A DNA stretch of 32,384 nucleotides from a virus (taxonomy: Duplodnaviria; Caudoviricetes), in IMG/VR virus record IMGVR_UViG_3300048578_000364, positions 1-32,384 of that record, one strand, 5' to 3'. Shown here piece by piece: positions 1-9,533 of this stretch (the stretch's first letter is position 1; each line of letters opens with the position of its first letter). The notes beneath the pieces are model-generated. The model made no database searches. It saw nothing but the letters and a program-made list of their open reading frames with translations, and had not been told where the DNA came from. The position numbers and the translations under genes were made by a program.

Positions 1-636
1 AAGTTCATTACCAATTGCATATAATGTTTTCAATTTAGGAGAATAGGCTTTAATTTCTAATAATTGATTAAACAAATTATTTTGAATATCACAAAATTGC
101 AAATTCGGTAACTCGGAATTATCAAAAAGACCAGAAATCTTGTTATTATTTAAATATAAAATGCCAAGTTTCGGATAGCTTAGTCTAATTCCATCTTGAA
201 CTATTGAACAATTAATTAATAAGAGTTTTTCCAATTTGGGTGCAAGCAAATTTTCAATCCCTGATTTTATTTCACAATTTCGCAAATCTAATTCTATTAG
301 GTTTTCAAAATTCACTTTTGGTAAAATACCTTTTAACTCTCCATCTAAAACTATCCTTGAAACAGACAAATAATAGATAATTGCATTTTCCTCCTTTACA
401 AAAACCGATACTGTATCTTTGAAGGATACTCCGGTTGGATTTCTAGATTCACCTGATTTATAGGTTTTTTGTACTGGCCATCCAATCTTATTCTTCCAAT
501 TTGGTCCGTCTAAAGAGTTATAAAATGAAGTCAATGCATCATATTCAACAATTACATATTTAACTTCCTGAGTATAACAATTACCAAATGTTAAAATCAA
601 CAAAAAAAATAGCAAAAAGAAACCATATTTTTTCAT
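1..636 (-). CDS. Host secreted leucine-rich-repeat protein, 5' part (runs off the window)
   Basis: Not in the ORF track. Manual translation from ATG 636: MKKYGFFLLFFLLILTFGNCYTQEV (signal peptide), YDALTSFYNSLDGPNWKNKIGW (LRR N-cap-like), then LxxLxLxxN repeats (LIELDLRNCEI, LGILYLNNNKISG, LQFCDIQNN). The frame is open to position 1 and has an upstream AGAAGGTG RBS. Confidence 0.85.
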   Translation of the reverse strand, partial: MKKYGFFLLFFLLILTFGNCYTQEVKYVIVEYDALTSFYNSLDGPNWKNKIGWPVQKTYKSGESRNPTGVSFKDTVSVFVKEENAIIYYLSVSRIVLDGELKGILPKVNFENLIELDLRNCEIKSGIENLLAPKLEKLLLINCSIVQDGIRLSYPKLGILYLNNNKISGLFDNSELPNLQFCDIQNNLFNQLLEIKAYSPKLKTLYAIGNEL

Positions 637-1007
637 AATACACCTTCTTAGAATATTATAATTACCATTATAAAAATACAAAAAGAAATTAATATAAAAT
701 CAAAAAATATTTATTTAATATGAAAAGTATGATATTTATATAATAATTACAAAAAAATAATTTAATTAAATTACACTATTTAACAGATTAAAAGATACTA
801 TATTTGAAAATTTAGTATTTGCAACTAATTTATTAATCCAAATTATACTACTATGTCAAATGAAAGTCTTTAATTTATTAGACGCTGATAATACGTTGAA
901 AAACGACATTCAAACTCTATACAAATAACAAAAACTTTTTTTGTTGTTGTAATACAAACTAAGTGAAATTGTGGAATATATTGAAAAATTGTATCACTTT
1001 AATAAAA

Positions 1008-1054
1008 AAAATTGCCTGTAAATCTTAATAACTAAAGAATTTACAGGCAATTTT
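1008..1054 (-). terminator. Intrinsic terminator-like hairpin downstream of the tRNA 3' fragment
   Basis: AAAATTGCCTGTAAAT (1008-1023) and ATTTACAGGCAATTTT (1039-1054) form a perfect 16-bp inverted repeat, followed by a T run on the minus strand. Confidence 0.7.
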
Positions 1055-1065
1055 ATAAATCATTC

Positions 1066-1083
1066 TGTGGGCCCGGAGGGACT
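1066..1083 (-). mobile_element. Prophage att core: duplicated 3' end of a tRNA gene
   Basis: The minus strand reads AGT-CCCTC-CGGGCCC-A-CA: end of T loop, 3' T stem, acceptor strand and discriminator. The rest of the tRNA is absent. It is a GC-rich island in AT-rich DNA, exactly between the host gene and the phage genes. Confidence 0.8.
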
Positions 1084-1099
1084 ATTTGACTTCTTTATA

Positions 1100-1112
1100 A
1101 ATCAATGACTTA
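1100..1112 (+). promoter_or_regulatory. IHF-consensus binding site in att arm
   Basis: AATCAATGACTTA matches WATCAANNNNTTR, 17 bp from the core on the phage side. Confidence 0.65.
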
Positions 1113-1130
1113 GATGTAGTTGTTATTGAA

Positions 1131-1152
1131 ATGGACAAAATATGAACAGAAT
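1131..1152 (+). repeat. Tandem 11-bp direct repeat, candidate integrase arm-type sites
   Basis: ATGGACAAAAT followed by ATGAACAGAAT (9/11 identical), next to the IHF site and att core. Confidence 0.55.
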
Positions 1153-1248
1153 TATTGAATTTTCCTTCAAAAACTAACATATTTTAAAGTGAAATATCAT
1201 TTATCAATTTATCGAAAATAAATAATTATTATTGCCAATTATTTGAAT

Positions 1249-4200
1249 TTATTTTTTCCTCGAAAGATTATGTATGTTTGTCCTTCTGAGTGCTATATCA
1301 ATATCGTTTCCCCGAAGAGTTGTTTTCAATTCTTGGGAGGCAAGTAGCTTTTCTACTCGGTCAAGTTTAGCTATTAGCATTGAATTTGAGTTTGCTCCTG
1401 CCATTTGAACAGTGGCAATCAATTGAGAATCGTTGAAAATCCATTCTCGGTTTCTGCCTCCCAAGCGTGAACCATCTCCAATAATTGCCATAGTCGGTTG
1501 GTCAATTCTACCACCAGTTGAAAAGCTAAGGATTGTTGATATTATCGGGTCTGTTATAGCTTTCACCGCCGCATTGATTGCTGTTGTTATTACAGGAATT
1601 GCAACAACATTTGCAGGGAAAGGCAAAGCTGATATATACTGCATTGTTCCGGGCGACAGTACCAAATCCAAGATAAATGCCGAAGCCTTTGCTTGCAACA
1701 TACCTGCAAGTTGTGAAAAGAATTTTCTCCAACTGTCTGCTGCAGCTTCCGGGTCGCCTGCGAATAGATTACTCAAACTATCGGTAACTGTTGTTTGAAG
1801 CTCTGTTACAAGTAATCCAAGCGAATCACCACGTTCGGAAATCAATTTCTCTGTTTCAAGTAGTTTTTTGGAAAGTGCATCATATTCTTCTTGTTCCTTT
1901 TGACTATCAAAAATCGGTCTGCCAAATAAATCAAACTTGTTTGCCTTTTCTTCCAGTAGTTCAAGTTGCTTCTTTAAAGCATCTTTCTGAATACTCAAAG
2001 TTTCATTATCTTTACGCCTTTGCAATTCTATTTCAAGACCCTGCCTTTGAGAATCTGCTCGCAATTGCTTCCTTCGGAATTCTTCTTCTTTCTTCTCACG
2101 CTCTTTTCTACCGTTCTCCTCGATTTCTGCTTTCTTCTTCTCAAAGACTTCTGAACTAATTGAATTCATATCACGCCACTTTTCAAGTTCTGCAAGTTTA
2201 GCTTTCTCGGTGTCTTCAATCTTTTTTAGTTCGGAATCCTTATCTTCACTTAGACTTTTATCAGTTGCCCTATTATAGATTTCGTTGAACTTATTCAAAA
2301 TTTCGGATTCTCTTTTAAATCTGTTCTCAATTTCAGAAAGCTTTTCATCTTCACTTCTCTTAATGGAATCTACCCTCGATTTATAGATTTTATCTTCAAT
2401 ATCTATTATCTTCTGTTGGGTGTCTAATTCATTCTGAATAAGCTCAAGGTTCTTCTCTTTTGCTTCTTTGATTTTCAATTCATACCTAATCCTAATTCTC
2501 TCAGTTTCTTGTACAGAATTTTCTCCAGACACTCTGCTTAATTCATTCTCCAAATCCTGATTCAATTTTACAATGACATCATTGTTGGTTTCGATTTCAT
2601 TTCTTGTTATCGAAAGCTTATTTCTGTATTCATCAATGTAAGTCTCAAGTGCTGTTTCTTCCTTAATACCTATTGAAATCTCCCATTCAATTTTCTTTTT
2701 CTCAAGGTCGCTTAGTTTGTCTTTAAGAGCTATATCATCTGCTTTTAGCTTAACTTTTAGTTCAAGTATCTTAGATTGCTCTTCCTGAACTTTAATATTA
2801 AAATCCTGAATGATTGATTTAATCTCTGTTTTATCTGCTTCTTTCACTTTTGAAGTGAATATGATTTCGCCTTCATTCGTTACTTCACTTATCAACTTCT
2901 TGGCTTTTAGTGCTTCAATCCAAGCTAATCTCTGGTTTTTAATTGTTTCCAATTGCTTTTGATTGATAAGAAGTTCATCATAAGAATCTGCTTTGCGGTT
3001 TTCTTGAATCAAACTTTGTTTCTGGACATACTCATAATTCTTCTGATCTATTTTCAAATTCTTGTTTCTAAGTTCGGCTTCTTGTTTAGCCAATTCAAAC
3101 GCAGACTTACCTTCTTGAGTTTTAAGCCCTGCTCTAATTTGATTAGTTTCATCAATACGGTCGAGGTTCTTCTTTTCTTTTACATTTTCTTTTAAACTTT
3201 TCAGTTCTGAATTGTATTGCTCTTGTAATTCTTTCTGCTCTTCTTTGCTTAATGCTTTATTTTTAAGCTGTTTCGACATTTCATTTATGGCACTCATTTG
3301 CTTTTTAATATTATTATCTATCTCGGAAGTTGCCGCAGACCAAGCTTCTGCCAATTTATCAATAACCTTTACTTGCGAATCTCCAACTGTTTTGCTTTCT
3401 TTTTGAACATTTACAAGGTTCTTTGCTTCTTCAACACTGACGCCGAATGACTTTGCTATTTGCTCATATACTCTATTGACATCAATTCCACCTTGAATAG
3501 CTTTTCCTGCCCAATCAATAATGCCATCCTTTTGAGCATTCATCTTTTGTTGAATTGCATCGTAACTCTTTTCAAGTTCTTTAGTATCAAGACCCTTTGC
3601 TTTACTCTTATTGATTTCATCTTGAAGTTCTTTGAGTTTAGTCTGCCCGGATTTATAAGCATCTTCTTCTTTCTTTAAGTTGCCAAGATATGCTTCTTGT
3701 TTGGATTCAAGGTCACTCGAATACCTTTGTTTCATCTTCTCTGAAACTTCAAGTATCTTCTCACTTTGAATGTCATATTGCTTAATCAGTGTGCCTTCTT
3801 TGTCTTGGATTACACCAATTTCTTTTACTGCTTCGGGTGCAGTGCGTTTAATTTGTTCAGCGATTGATGCTTTTTCAATTTCAGTCTTTGCTTTGGAGAA
3901 CTTTTCAACTAATTTACCAATATTATCCTGCTCGTCAAGGTTCTTTTGAATACTAATCATTTCAGTTACTACTTCTCCGAATTTAGTATCTTTGACCTTG
4001 TTCCTTAGTTCTATTAATTGCACATTGAATTGTTCTTCTACTTCGCTTGGCAGTTCAACCTTATCAAATTCAATCCCGATTTTTGAACCTTCGGCAAGTG
4101 TCTTTGACATTTCTTCGGTTTGGGATTTAAGTTCTTCTTTGACTTTTTTATACTTAGCTTTGATTTCAGAAACATCTTCGCCCTTCTTTGAACCTTCAAC

Positions 4201-6975
4201 AATCTTATTTGCAAGCGTTTCTGCCTGAACGGACAGATTTTGATATAAGTCTGCTTTTTCTTTCAATGCTTCTGTGAATGTATTCTGTTCTGATTTCAAT
4301 TTACTTGAATAAGATTCTTCATTTGCCTTTGTGAATTCTTTTACCTTTTCAATATTCAAATCAATAGCTTGAACTACTTTCCCGTTTTCATCTATAAGTT
4401 GCTTATAACCATTCACAGCACCGGGTACTTGCTTTGCAATTTCTTCAGCTATACTTTTCTTTTCGATTTCTGACTTGGCACTTTCAAACTTCTTTACAAG
4501 TTCATCTATTTTTTTGTTTTTGTCGATTTCTTCTTTGATTGTCATTGCATTCTGAATAGCAAAGTCAAGTTTGGATTCTGCTATAGTGTTCTTTGCTTTA
4601 TTCATTGCACCAGAAAAGGCATTTGTAAGTCGGTTTGAAAGCTCTTTCTCATATTCATCATCTCCGCTTATCCAATTCACAGGATTAAGATAATACTTAG
4701 CATAGTCCATTAAGACTGAAAACAACTCAGGTATTGATTCAATAAAGCCCAACACAAAATCCTTAGCTATTCTAACCGAATAAATCAATGCTTGCACTCC
4801 TTTGGCTGTCATCTCAAAATATTTACCAATTAGCTTCAATGCTTCTCCAAGGTTTTGGAAGGCATTTGAAGATTCATTCGATATTCCAACCAAATCGAGT
4901 ATAACATTAACTATTTCAGAAACAAATGATATTGCTATTTCTATCGGAGTAATTAGCATCTCAAAAACAAATTCTCCAATTTTGATTAAGTAATTGATAA
5001 ATTCTTCTCCTGCGTCAAGAAAAGAATCAATAACTGGTTGTGCTTTATTCCAAAGTTCTTTTGCCGAATCGCCCCAACGTTCAAGTATTTGCTTGCCCTT
5101 TTCTGTTTTTGTCAGATACAAAGTAAGTCCAGCTACAGCTGCTCCAATTCCCAAAACCCAAGGATTTGCTATTGCCGGTCCCAACTTGGCTAAAATCCCA
5201 CCGCTTTCTTGCATTTTCGAGCTTAAACCCTTTATTACTCCACCTGTATTTTCTGCATTCTTGATTAAACTTGTGAATCCTGATGATATACCTGATATTT
5301 GTCCCTTGATTTTATCTACTGGGATGATTTGTCCAAGTCCTGCAAAAGAAGTTATCAAAGGAGCTAACTGAGTAGAAGCTGACAGTACCGTTTGTCCTGT
5401 GCTACCAATTGTTTCCATTAAATTGTTAAAACCTGCTTGAATCGAGTTAAGCATAATTTTTGTTTTTACTCCAATTCCTTCAGAAGCCACTTTGAATGCT
5501 TCCTCTGTTGTGCCAATAGAATTTGCAACTGCAATGTAATCATCGGCAGCCATTTGAGCATTTTTACCAGATAATAACATCACTGCACCCGCAGCTTCAA
5601 CAGATGAAAATATCTGTGTGGCTGATTTTCCTGCATCTTCAATTGCACTTCCAATCTTTTTCATTGATTCTTGAAGTCCTTCCTTCTTTAAAGAATCCAA
5701 TGAAACACCTGCTTTCTGCATGATCGGAGCTAATGTAGCACCTGGTTTGGCAAGTTCTGTTAGTGCCGCTCTAATTTGAGTAGTCGCTTGGGCAGTGGGT
5801 GTTCCTTGTTTAGTCATTGTGGCAATTGCAGCTGCTACTTGTTTGAATTCTACTTCAAATGCGGCAGCTGTTGGTATCACGTTAGCAAGTGAGGCATTAA
5901 GTTCTGGAATTGTTGTTTTTCCAACATTGACCGCACCAAAGAAAATATCAGCTACTTCACTTGATCGTCCTGCTTCAATTCCATAAGCATTCATTACTGA
6001 TGTTAGACCATTCACTGCATCTTGTGTAGATGTTAGTCCTGCTGTAGCAAGTTTTGAAGCGGTTTCAACAAATACCATACCTTCTGTAACATCTGCAAAG
6101 CCATCTTTTACTTTAATTGTTCCTGCGGAAATTGCATCATAAACACCTTGAGCGATTGCACCCGCAGAATCAGGTACGGTTGTTGATAGATTTGTGGCAG
6201 CAGAAGCAAATTCCTGAAAGTTTTTGACTCCTAATGTGCCTATGTTTCTAACTTGTTTGTCTAATTCTATAAAAGGTTCTTGAAATGAATTTAATGTTGA
6301 TGTCAATTGTTCGATTCCTTGAACTGCCATCCCGAAGGTTGCCATTCTATCGCCAATGGTTTTGGTATTTTTTGATGTTGAATCTAACTGTATCAACTTT
6401 GCTTCGGCTTCGGAAATTTCTTTTTGAAGTTTATTATATGCCTCACTTCCTTCGTTTCCACTTGCTTTCAATGCTTGGAGTGCTAACTTTTGTTTTGCAA
6501 CTAATTGTTCTGTTTCTTGGCGTGCTCTTTGGAAAGATTCGGCAAGTTTTTCAACTTCTTTGTCAAACTTAGTTGCATCCATTTCTTTAAGTGCCTTGTC
6601 AAGATTTTGGATGTTTTCGTCAAGGTTTCCTTGCTGCAATTCGTTTAGAGATTTCTCGATTTCGGACAGGTCTGTTTTATCAATATCTGTGAGTATTGAT
6701 TCTATATCACTAAGAGCTTTCTTTGCTTCTTCTGTGTCTAAATCAATTTCTAATGCTGAAAGAACTTTCTCCAAATCTTTAGCTCCTTCTTCTGTTTCCA
6801 TAAGAAATTGAACTACTTGCTTAATACCATTCTTGAATTCAGTACTGTCGAAATCCAAATCCGGACTTACCTTACTTAGAATAGTTTCAACTTCTTTTGC
6901 TAATCTCTCAACTTGGGATTTATCAGATTTTAGATTAACCAGAAAGTCAAGCACTACTTGAAAATTCTTTGCCAC
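1249..6975 (-). CDS. Phage tail tape measure protein (TP901-family core)
   Basis: About 1908 aa and coiled-coil rich. It has the TP901-like core (VYDAISAG, LTSVMNAYG, GKTTIPELNASL, AQATTQIRAAL), a hydrophobic central segment and a C-terminal FSTGGRIDQPTMAIIGDG motif. GTG 6975 with an AGGT RBS is preferred over TTG 6981. Confidence 0.93.
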   Translation of the reverse strand: MAKNFQVVLDFLVNLKSDKSQVERLAKEVETILSKVSPDLDFDSTEFKNGIKQVVQFLMETEEGAKDLEKVLSALEIDLDTEEAKKALSDIESILTDIDKTDLSEIEKSLNELQQGNLDENIQNLDKALKEMDATKFDKEVEKLAESFQRARQETEQLVAKQKLALQALKASGNEGSEAYNKLQKEISEAEAKLIQLDSTSKNTKTIGDRMATFGMAVQGIEQLTSTLNSFQEPFIELDKQVRNIGTLGVKNFQEFASAATNLSTTVPDSAGAIAQGVYDAISAGTIKVKDGFADVTEGMVFVETASKLATAGLTSTQDAVNGLTSVMNAYGIEAGRSSEVADIFFGAVNVGKTTIPELNASLANVIPTAAAFEVEFKQVAAAIATMTKQGTPTAQATTQIRAALTELAKPGATLAPIMQKAGVSLDSLKKEGLQESMKKIGSAIEDAGKSATQIFSSVEAAGAVMLLSGKNAQMAADDYIAVANSIGTTEEAFKVASEGIGVKTKIMLNSIQAGFNNLMETIGSTGQTVLSASTQLAPLITSFAGLGQIIPVDKIKGQISGISSGFTSLIKNAENTGGVIKGLSSKMQESGGILAKLGPAIANPWVLGIGAAVAGLTLYLTKTEKGKQILERWGDSAKELWNKAQPVIDSFLDAGEEFINYLIKIGEFVFEMLITPIEIAISFVSEIVNVILDLVGISNESSNAFQNLGEALKLIGKYFEMTAKGVQALIYSVRIAKDFVLGFIESIPELFSVLMDYAKYYLNPVNWISGDDEYEKELSNRLTNAFSGAMNKAKNTIAESKLDFAIQNAMTIKEEIDKNKKIDELVKKFESAKSEIEKKSIAEEIAKQVPGAVNGYKQLIDENGKVVQAIDLNIEKVKEFTKANEESYSSKLKSEQNTFTEALKEKADLYQNLSVQAETLANKIVEGSKKGEDVSEIKAKYKKVKEELKSQTEEMSKTLAEGSKIGIEFDKVELPSEVEEQFNVQLIELRNKVKDTKFGEVVTEMISIQKNLDEQDNIGKLVEKFSKAKTEIEKASIAEQIKRTAPEAVKEIGVIQDKEGTLIKQYDIQSEKILEVSEKMKQRYSSDLESKQEAYLGNLKKEEDAYKSGQTKLKELQDEINKSKAKGLDTKELEKSYDAIQQKMNAQKDGIIDWAGKAIQGGIDVNRVYEQIAKSFGVSVEEAKNLVNVQKESKTVGDSQVKVIDKLAEAWSAATSEIDNNIKKQMSAINEMSKQLKNKALSKEEQKELQEQYNSELKSLKENVKEKKNLDRIDETNQIRAGLKTQEGKSAFELAKQEAELRNKNLKIDQKNYEYVQKQSLIQENRKADSYDELLINQKQLETIKNQRLAWIEALKAKKLISEVTNEGEIIFTSKVKEADKTEIKSIIQDFNIKVQEEQSKILELKVKLKADDIALKDKLSDLEKKKIEWEISIGIKEETALETYIDEYRNKLSITRNEIETNNDVIVKLNQDLENELSRVSGENSVQETERIRIRYELKIKEAKEKNLELIQNELDTQQKIIDIEDKIYKSRVDSIKRSEDEKLSEIENRFKRESEILNKFNEIYNRATDKSLSEDKDSELKKIEDTEKAKLAELEKWRDMNSISSEVFEKKKAEIEENGRKEREKKEEEFRRKQLRADSQRQGLEIELQRRKDNETLSIQKDALKKQLELLEEKANKFDLFGRPIFDSQKEQEEYDALSKKLLETEKLISERGDSLGLLVTELQTTVTDSLSNLFAGDPEAAADSWRKFFSQLAGMLQAKASAFILDLVLSPGTMQYISALPFPANVVAIPVITTAINAAVKAITDPIISTILSFSTGGRIDQPTMAIIGDGSRLGGRNREWIFNDSQLIATVQMAGANSNSMLIAKLDRVEKLLASQELKTTLRGNDIDIALRRTNIHNLSRKK

Positions 6976-7032
6976 AAGCAAACCTATTGCAATATTTAAA
7001 AATTACAAAATAAAGCAATTGGCTCGAAAGAT

Positions 7033-7084
7033 TACAAGTAATGAGTACAGGTATTGAATGTATGTATTAGGTGCAGGATAATGT
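7033..7084. repeat. Degenerate 13-bp tandem array upstream of tape measure gene
   Basis: TACAAGTAATGAG / TACAGGTATTGAA / TGTATGTATTAGG / TGCAGGATAATGT; same unit family as 22396-22495. Confidence 0.75.
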
Positions 7085-7094
7085 AAATATGAGG

Positions 7095-7598
7095 TTATTT
7101 GTTTGACCAGTTCTCAAACCTTTTATTACATTCTGAAACAGGAAGTCTTTTATTCGTCTTCATTAATTCTTTAAGCTTAGTAAAAGCAGTATCTTTGGAG
7201 ATTCTATTATACTCAATCAAAGTATCTAATATCCAAAGAATTCCGTGATATTCAATGCCTGACTGTTTTGCTTTATTCCTTAAAGCTTTATCTCCGGACA
7301 GAATAATTGCGTTGTGCTTTTGTGCCAATAAAATAACCGAACAATCTGGTATTGACAAACCGGGTTGTTCTAAATTTATCTGAAATGCCTCCGTTAATTG
7401 CTCTGCATCTAATGATTCAATGGAAATTAATTTTTTTAATTTATATTCATTTATTATCAATTTAATAGTTTCAGTTTTTATTTCGCTATTGACAAAATCA
7501 CTTGTGATGAAGTCAAAGTCAAGACCTAAACAGGTCTCCAATAAATCCATTTCATAAAGGTCGAAAATAATATTTGCATCTTTTATGGCTACTTTCAT
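7095..7598 (-). CDS. PIN-domain nuclease (DUF3368-like), putative toxin
   Basis: PIN acidic motifs: IKDANIIFDL, LSIPDCSVILLA, ILSGDKALR, GILWIL. Translationally coupled to the upstream gene (TAATG). Confidence 0.85.
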   Translation of the reverse strand: MKVAIKDANIIFDLYEMDLLETCLGLDFDFITSDFVNSEIKTETIKLIINEYKLKKLISIESLDAEQLTEAFQINLEQPGLSIPDCSVILLAQKHNAIILSGDKALRNKAKQSGIEYHGILWILDTLIEYNRISKDTAFTKLKELMKTNKRLPVSECNKRFENWSNK

Positions 7599-8659
7599 TA
7601 GAATACTTCAAAACCTCGCCTAAATTCTTCAAGGTTCTGTTTCATAAGTTGAGAAGCTTTACTGAAAGTAATAATTTCCTCGCTTGCAGCTTTAAGAACT
7701 AATCTCTCAAATCTGCTACTTGATTCTTCTCCAACATATTTTCCAAAATTCGCTTCATTTCTTTGCTTTTCTTTATTAAGTCTAATAAAGAAACCTTTTA
7801 AAGTAGCTTCAGAAATAATATTTAGATTGAATAAGCGATATATAACTGCTTGAATTGAGATTCCAAAATATTCTTTAATTTCAATCAATTCCTGAATTGA
7901 AATATGACTTCGCTTGGCTCCAAGAAAATTCTTCAATGATGCTTCAGGTAAGAGAAATGCACCAGCAAAGTTATGACATAATTTCTCAATGGATTTATCG
8001 TTTAAATTTTCGTGAAATGACAGTAGTAAGTGTGCTAACTCGTGAATCACTGTAAATCTCTTTCTTACTATGTCAATATTTTGATTTACAACTATAACTG
8101 GAAAATTCTCAACCCAAGTAGCAAGACCGTCAAAACTCTGATCTGCGTCAATCTCAACTATCTTCACACCCTTATCTTCGAGCATTTCAATAACGTTTGA
8201 GACAGGATTCATTCCAATTTCCCAATTCTTTCTTAATTCTTGGCTTGCAGTCTCTATGTCCTCTATTGAATTAATTACTATCTTTTCTAATGGATTAGTG
8301 AATTCGTATCTTACATTTAATATTCTTTCAATTTCAATATAGCGTTCAAGGTAATCAATAACAAATTCTTTTATTTGTTGAATATCTTTTTTTCCAAGTT
8401 TAGATTTCTTTCTAAACTCAACATTCCCTAACTTTATATTTGAATCTCTGAAAAAATAATCAATCGGAACTTGTAAAGCTTCCGACAATGCTATAATAAT
8501 TGAACTATCTGGTTTTCTTTCGCCCTTTTCATACAAATTAAGAGCTTGAGCTGATAAATCAATAGACATCTTTTCAGCAAGCTTTCTTAATGATAAGCCT
8601 GAAAGCAACCTTGCTGATTTTAACTTCTTTGCAAAAACATTTTCCATACAATTCTCCAT
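7598..8659 (-). CDS. XRE-HTH + ImmA/IrrE (M78, COG2856) zinc metallopeptidase, putative antitoxin/regulator
   Basis: N-terminal HTH (LKSARLLSGLSLRKLAE...YEKGERKP), RKRFTVIHELAH (HExxH) and EKLCHNFAGAFLLP. The start is probably ATG 8659 or 8647, downstream of the predicted promoter. Confidence 0.92.
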   Translation of the reverse strand: MENCMENVFAKKLKSARLLSGLSLRKLAEKMSIDLSAQALNLYEKGERKPDSSIIIALSEALQVPIDYFFRDSNIKLGNVEFRKKSKLGKKDIQQIKEFVIDYLERYIEIERILNVRYEFTNPLEKIVINSIEDIETASQELRKNWEIGMNPVSNVIEMLEDKGVKIVEIDADQSFDGLATWVENFPVIVVNQNIDIVRKRFTVIHELAHLLLSFHENLNDKSIEKLCHNFAGAFLLPEASLKNFLGAKRSHISIQELIEIKEYFGISIQAVIYRLFNLNIISEATLKGFFIRLNKEKQRNEANFGKYVGEESSSRFERLVLKAASEEIITFSKASQLMKQNLEEFRRGFEVF

Positions 8660-8664
8660 TTCAA

Positions 8665-8746
8665 TGTTGACAAAAATACTAAAATATTTTCTTACTGTCA
8701 ACAAAAATGTTTACAAACATTCAAAATAATTAACGTTTTGTCAACA
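8665..8746 (-). promoter_or_regulatory. Sigma70-type promoter with four TGTNNACA operator palindromes
   Basis: Minus strand TTGACA (8701-8696), 17 nt, TATTTT (8678-8673). TGTTGACA 8665-8672, TGTCAACA 8696-8703, TGTTTACA 8708-8715, TGTCAACA 8739-8746. Confidence 0.75.
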
Positions 8747-8851
8747 CTTTTGTTTTAAGTAATAGAGAATTTGGATGCTCAAAGTAGTATTAAATATGCA
8801 GATCATTAACAAAAGTCAAAATTCTTATAATTTGGCTAACGTTAATATTTG

Positions 8852-9175
8852 CTATCTTGTATTAATCATTATTTCAAGAGTTTTGATCGCATCTGACAGT
8901 AAAGATTGGCGAACAGTAGGGTACTTTGTAATGTCGTTATTTGCAAGAACAGGTACATACCAAATATTTACCAGTGCTATTCCTAACCTTCTACTAAGTT
9001 CAAACACTTTGTAGCAGTTTTCAATTTTCTCCTGTTTTTCAATTAAGCGTCTTGATTCAAGTTCCCTTGCATAGTCTTCTGCAAAATCGGTAATAACATT
9101 TCTATTCCGTTGCGCTTCTTTTCGCCTTGCAAGTTCGCCAAGATAAGAGGTTTTTTCCCGATACCTGAAAAAAAA
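8852..9175 (-). CDS. Tail assembly chaperone, -1 frameshift extension (GT-like C-terminus)
   Basis: Open -1 frame entered at the T8 run (9168-9175). It has no convincing start or RBS of its own, and contains VLANNDITKYPTV, which resembles chaperone C-termini. Confidence 0.7.
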   Translation of the reverse strand, partial: FFFRYREKTSYLGELARRKEAQRNRNVITDFAEDYARELESRRLIEKQEKIENCYKVFELSRRLGIALVNIWYVPVLANNDITKYPTVRQSLLSDAIKTLEIMINTR

Positions 9176-9519
9176 TCCGTTGCACACTCCCTCAAATCAT
9201 TCAAGTATGATATAGGTAGGTTCTTTATAAATGCCTCAACTTCCGATTCCGCTTTGTCTTTATTAAATGGTTGGAGAATATCATTTTTGACTTCACGCAA
9301 GAGATAGCTTAAAACGATTGAAAGCCATTCTGCTCCTCTTGATTTGATAACCTGCCTAAAATTTTCAGGTTCATTCTGGAGTTGATTGTATTTGAATTCA
9401 CCTGCTTCACGGGCAAGTTCCGCCTGCTCAACAGTCAAGAGATTAAAATCATATTTATATATTTTGCCCGAGTGAATAAACACTTTTGCTTCAATTGGAT
9501 TGTGCTGCTCTTCTAACAT
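9043..9519 (-). CDS. Tail assembly chaperone (G-like)
   Basis: 158 aa, AAGGA RBS, last tail gene before the tape measure gene apart from the inserted cassette; contains slippery GAT TTT TTT TCA. Confidence 0.7.
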   Translation of the reverse strand: MLEEQHNPIEAKVFIHSGKIYKYDFNLLTVEQAELAREAGEFKYNQLQNEPENFRQVIKSRGAEWLSIVLSYLLREVKNDILQPFNKDKAESEVEAFIKNLPISYLNDLRECATDFFSGIGKKPLILANLQGEKKRNGIEMLLPILQKTMQGNLNQDA

Positions 9520-9533
9520 TTTAATTGTTCCTT

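Noticed and set aside
637-1007. Very AT-rich intergenic tract as an origin or ncRNA
   Set aside because: No DnaA-box cluster or stable structure was recognised; it is most simply the host LRR gene promoter region.
1066-1140. Intact tRNA gene
   Set aside because: Only the 3' 18 nt are present; the upstream sequence lacks TTCG, the 5' T stem, and the anticodon and D arms.
1433-6811. Numerous short ORFs within the tape measure gene
   Set aside because: Antisense or alternate-frame shadows rich in S/L/F with no RBS or motifs; the same applies to shadows in the tail, capsid, terminase and portal genes.
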